A stretch of 28,798 nt of DNA from Octopus sinensis (taxonomy: Eukaryota). Position 1 is the first letter of the stretch. Each line of letters opens with the position of its first letter. The stretch spans positions 1 to 28,798 of the forward strand of contig NW_021833514.1 of assembly GCF_006345805.1 (NCBI RefSeq), written 5' to 3'. The notes beneath the pieces are model-generated. The model was not told where the DNA came from, did no database searches, and was given only the letters and a program-made list of their open reading frames with translations. The position numbers and the translations under genes were made by a program. This document shows, one piece after another, positions 24,844-28,798 of the stretch.

Positions 24844-26858
24844 TTATTCATTAAATTTGCCATGTAGGCAGCACATAGATAAGGTAGCTTTGCTGGCCGG
24901 ACATAGACATTAATGAGGCGAATGATTATGATACAAAAATGATAGGAAGATGGGAGAAGGCAGAAAGCGCCCGCCGGCCCTCTGCTTCTCTATAACATTG
25001 TTCTTTAAAACCACATATAGAGTTATTAACTCTCTTACAATTTAAAATACAATATATTTGGACTAAATGTCCTTACAAATATAAAATGATTTATACTCAA
25101 ATTGGAGGCGATAAACCTCTACAGTCCTTCCCCGAGCAATTTTCTTGCGACTTGCAGACATTCCTGCAACCGCAATCCGGGGCTCCAAAAAAGAATTCTA
25201 TAATTCTCGTTTTCACATGAGTCAATTATATGATCACAGTACTTTCTTTCCAGCACCAGAGCAGCCACCTGCGGAGGCCACTCTGGGCTGTCAATACAAG
25301 TAGGGTCTCTCAAGACCCGACTATCCATATCATTCTCCATGAAACTGTCAATATCCCTTCCCCTGAGATAGATGTATTCTTCACCACTTTCACTGGAAGG
25401 GGCCTCAGTGGTACACATCCCATTGACGAGGTTATCTTCTCCCCCCCTCCGGTGGCACACATTCCACCGAAGGGGTTTCGAAACATGCCGTCACTGGCAA
25501 TGCCCCATTTTTCTTCTTTCTCTTCTTTTTTCCTTTTACGACGGGTGGAGTTCCTCCGACATCTCCGGAGGTTCCTCCCCCTCCCCGCCGTCTCAGGATC
25601 CATCAGTGGGCAGCCATTGTTGCCCACCTTCTTTCCTTTCTTCCCCTTTGTTTTCGAGGAGATTACCTCCTCCTCGACTTTTTCCTCCACTGGGGGAGCA
25701 GGGGACACCTTTCCCATTAACTGTTCCAGGACCCTTCCCTGGTCCCGGCAACAGTTCTTCTTTATATTGCCCGATTCCAGACACAGGTGACACTTGGGGG
25801 ACCCGGCCATTGTTAAAAAATCTGGTAAAACCAGATCATCAGCTGATTGGGTCCATAGGGTCAAAAGAAATGTTGACCCGACCCAATCAACCGCAGGCAA
25901 CATTTTTACATTTAAGAGCCTGGCAAGGCCGCTACCCAGGTCCCGACGGATAGTGTCTTCTATTCACTCGGCCTCTATACCGGGTGGCAGCCCACACACC
26001 CAGGCTCTTGTCAACTTTCTACCGCCATATGTAGGGAGGAACAAAATGTTCTGCTCCTCCAAAGGCATGCTCGCAAAATCACGAGCTTCCGCAGGGGTGT
26101 CAAAAAGTACACACACAGTTGCGTACTTCGCACTCCTGCAGTTAAACCTAACAGTTGGCAGATAGTCTGCCAACTCCTTCTCAATTTCTTCCTGAGAGAA
26201 GACCTTGATGGAGTCGAGGACCCTGGAATAGGTCCTTAACACCACCGTTCTCTCCGTATAATTTTTCAACCATTCTTTGGGGGCTACAATTTTCCACTCC
26301 AAAATGGATTTCACAGTTGCCATGTTGATAGCCAAAACAAAAATTAAAAAAACACAAACAAAAATCAAAATGTTCAAATAAAAGTCTATAAAGTAACTCA
26401 AAACAGATCAGAAAGACAGACAGGAGAAGAAAGGGCGAAGGAAGATAGTCCAAAATGGCAACGCAACACAGCACAATTCTGCTACTCTGGTAATCCAAAC
26501 TGGTAGTCCTTCACAGCACAGGTAATATTCCGTCCAACTCTAGCTGTACTCCTATCCTTTATGGTAAAAATCCACTTGAAAGGGCAAAAATACAGTCATA
26601 GAAAATTCCAATAAATATTTTCGGAGGGACACGCCTCTCAAAATAAACACAATTCTCTCTACGAAGTGAGTGTTCTTGCACGACCACTGGCAAACAAATG
26701 CCTGGAACCCAGTGGAGATCCCTGTTCGAAAAAATTCTTAAATACAAACAGCAGACCTCACTAAGCTCCCCCAAAATAAATGCTTTACCTGTAGTCGTGC
26801 TTCTAGTGTTCAATTTTTCACGTACGACGTGACTTCCACCGCGACGAAAAACAACGCA
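24844..26858 (-). mobile_element. ORF1-only L1/Tx1-like non-autonomous retroelement (HAL1-like) with ~15 bp TSD
   Basis: Broken ORF from MATVKSILEWK (~26323) to a stop at 25119, with the zinc-knuckle-like CHLCLESGNIKKNC, one in-frame stop (25964) and a frameshift. About 275 bp of 3' sequence ends in AATAAA at the TSD. TSD gtaagcaagctactt / gtaagtaaactactt. Confidence 0.75.
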
Positions 26859-26896
26859 GTAAGTAAACTACTTACCACACAGCCACTCCTGCGCCT
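26859..26896 (-). mobile_element. SINE family A, displaced 5' head
   Basis: ctacttaccacacagccactcctgcgcct completes the head missing from 24445-24843. Confidence 0.85.
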
Positions 26897-26944
26897 GCTT
26901 GTGTGTGCCTTTTTAAAAATCTTTTTCGTTTTGTTTTTTTTTGT

Positions 26945-27105
26945 TTTTCCACCTATTAGAGTAACTTCCCTTTTATTCAACGGCTTTTTTTTATAGTGTC
27001 TGTTGCCATTAATAGCCGACTAGAATGCATCGTAGCTCTTCGCTCGGACATTCGAAATTCCGAATACCATAATTACAACCTTTTACTGTTTGTTCTAAAT
27101 TATAA
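26945..27105 (+). repeat. Interspersed repeat with decayed HHR-like core, copy 2
   Basis: Inverted homologue of 23990-24150. Confidence 0.7.
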
Positions 27106-27109
27106 CACA

Positions 27110-27334
27110 CACATACACACACGCACACACACACACACACGCACACACACACACATGCACACACACACATGCACACACACACATGCACACACACACACAC
27201 ACATAAGCATTCACACACACATATGTGTGTGTGTGAATGTTTTCCCAAATAAAACTGCACTTCATTTTTTATGCCCCGTTGATGTGCGTATGCGTGTGTG
27301 TGTGTCTGTGTGTCTGTGTGTGTGTCTGTGCGTG

Positions 27335-27367
<33 letters not shown>

Positions 27368-27482
27368 TGCGTCTGTGTCTGTGTCTGTGCCTGTGTCTGT
27401 GTGTGTGTGTGTGTGTGTCTGTGTGTCTGTGCCTGTGCCTGTGTCTGTGTGTGTGTGTGTCTGTGTCTGTGTCTGTGTGTCT

Positions 27483-27564
<82 letters not shown>

Positions 27565-27570
27565 TGCGCA
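27110..27570. repeat. (CA)n then (TG)n/(TGTGTC)n microsatellites
   Basis: Direct reading. Source of the CVCV/HTHT ORFs. Confidence 0.95.
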
Positions 27571-27854
27571 GCGCGCGTAGCAATAAATATACACTCGCAC
27601 CGAATATGCGTTGATTTGATTCTTGCTTGAAGTAAATGGCTGCTGTAACTAAGTCAAAGAACAGCTACGAAATTTGCAAATAGTCTAAATGACCTTTTCG
27701 ACCGATTTAAAAAGGATACATTGTTTTAATTGTTTTTATTCTTTGATGTCTTGTTCTAATGAAAATTCACAAAAGATGTTTGTTGATTAGCTTCATCGAT
27801 AACACATAGAAAGGCAAACGATGATTCTTGATATATCAGACCTATGTACTAATA

Positions 27855-27891
<37 letters not shown>

Positions 27892-28644
27892 TTTAACTCT
27901 GCTATCAAAATATATTGAGCGAAACGCTTGCTAAGAATGCTTTTTTTAACCGTCAGTTTAATTGATATGAGCGAGTGTGCGTGCAACACGAAAGAATCAC
28001 TTGCTGAAATCGTCAACAGCGTTACGTAGCTAAAAATCAATGATAGTATTAAGGAGAAATGTGAGAGAGAGAGAGAGAAAAAAAACTAGCTACAGATATT
28101 TTATGCTACAGAAATTCGATCCCCGTGATTGTTCACGGCAGAAATATTTCATTTACATGCAAACAAGGAAACCTGGTGGAGAATTCCAACCCATCTAGTT
28201 TGTAAATATCAACTGTAAACCAGGAAATCAATTTAGAAGTGAAGAATCAATTTCCACAATAATGCTGTTGGATTCCAGTTGTCGCTGCAGGTGGGAAGTA
28301 ACAACTCACGTTAAGCAACATTCACCGTTAGCTGCATATTTAATGCTAAGTGTTTTTGTTTTTTTGTTTGTCATAGTCAAATTTATTGTTAAACGTCATG
28401 CTATTTTCGGATGCAAATTTGTCGTCAGCGCGTACTTGCTGTCAAATTTTAACTTGCTGCTTAATTGAGCTGCAGACAAATGCTAAGTGATTAATATAAG
28501 ATTCCTTCCCATGAAAGGTTGGTCTTTTCGAAAGTAGCATATAAATTATCAAAATTCCATACTACGATTTGAAGTGACAATATTACCACTGCATCATTTA
28601 CGCTCATTCAGAAAAAAATTCTTCATGAGCTAAATGTTTAATCC

Positions 28645-28798
28645 TCTCTACTCAAGGCAACAGGCTTGAAATTTGAGGGGAGGGGTGGGGTCGGCTATTC
28701 TAGATATCATCGACTCCAGTACTTGACTAGTGACTTATCTTATCGACCACGAAAGAATAAAAGTCAATGTCGTACGCGACGGAATTCGAACTCGGAAA
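28645..28798 (-). mobile_element. SINE family B, running off the window end
   Basis: Minus strand has the B box gagttcgaattcc, then gtcgataagataagt...gtactggagtcgat...aaatttcaagcctgttgccttgagtagag. Homologous to 1387-1560. Confidence 0.7.

Noticed and set aside
25815-25850. Minus-strand CTGATGA-TCTGG-tttta-CCAGA hairpin
   Set aside because: Followed by TTTT, not GAAA. Coincidental within ORF1.
25230-26165. Long plus-strand ORFs (186, 193, 123 aa)
   Set aside because: Antisense shadows of the GC-richer minus-strand ORF1.
28395-28432. Minus-strand CTGACGA...GAAA
   Set aside because: No stem II closing pair, no stem III, and the H position would be G.

Overview
Repeat-dominated, AT-rich eukaryotic non-coding DNA, most likely from an Octopus species. 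That assignment is inferred from the tRNA-derived SINE families, which I recognise from memory, and from the dense (TA)n/(TACA)n/(CA)n microsatellites. I find no supportable host-gene exon and no intact ORF. Most ORFs in the supplied track are microsatellite or antisense artefacts. Recognisable decayed transposons: Penelope-like elements (RT/linker at ~10470-11850 on -, GIY-YIG at 13053-13461 on +), an R4/Dong-like RLE LINE, RTE-like fragments, an L1/Tx1-like RT fragment, a Ty3/gypsy gag, a Tigger/pogo-like MITE, several SINEs, and an ORF1-only L1/Tx1-like element with a target-site duplication inside a SINE head. The main hidden signal is ten type I hammerhead ribozyme (HHR) motifs from seven sequence-unrelated families, plus two decayed ones. 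Each family has CUGANGA and GAAA core boxes, pairable stems I and II, a palindromic or near-palindromic stem III and an NUH cleavage triplet. Several lie in 390-570 bp non-coding units that occur as tandem or terminally repeated copies with inverted partial copies, next to (TA)n. This is a Penelope pLTR / retrozyme-like architecture. All folds were paired by eye and no activity is demonstrated.
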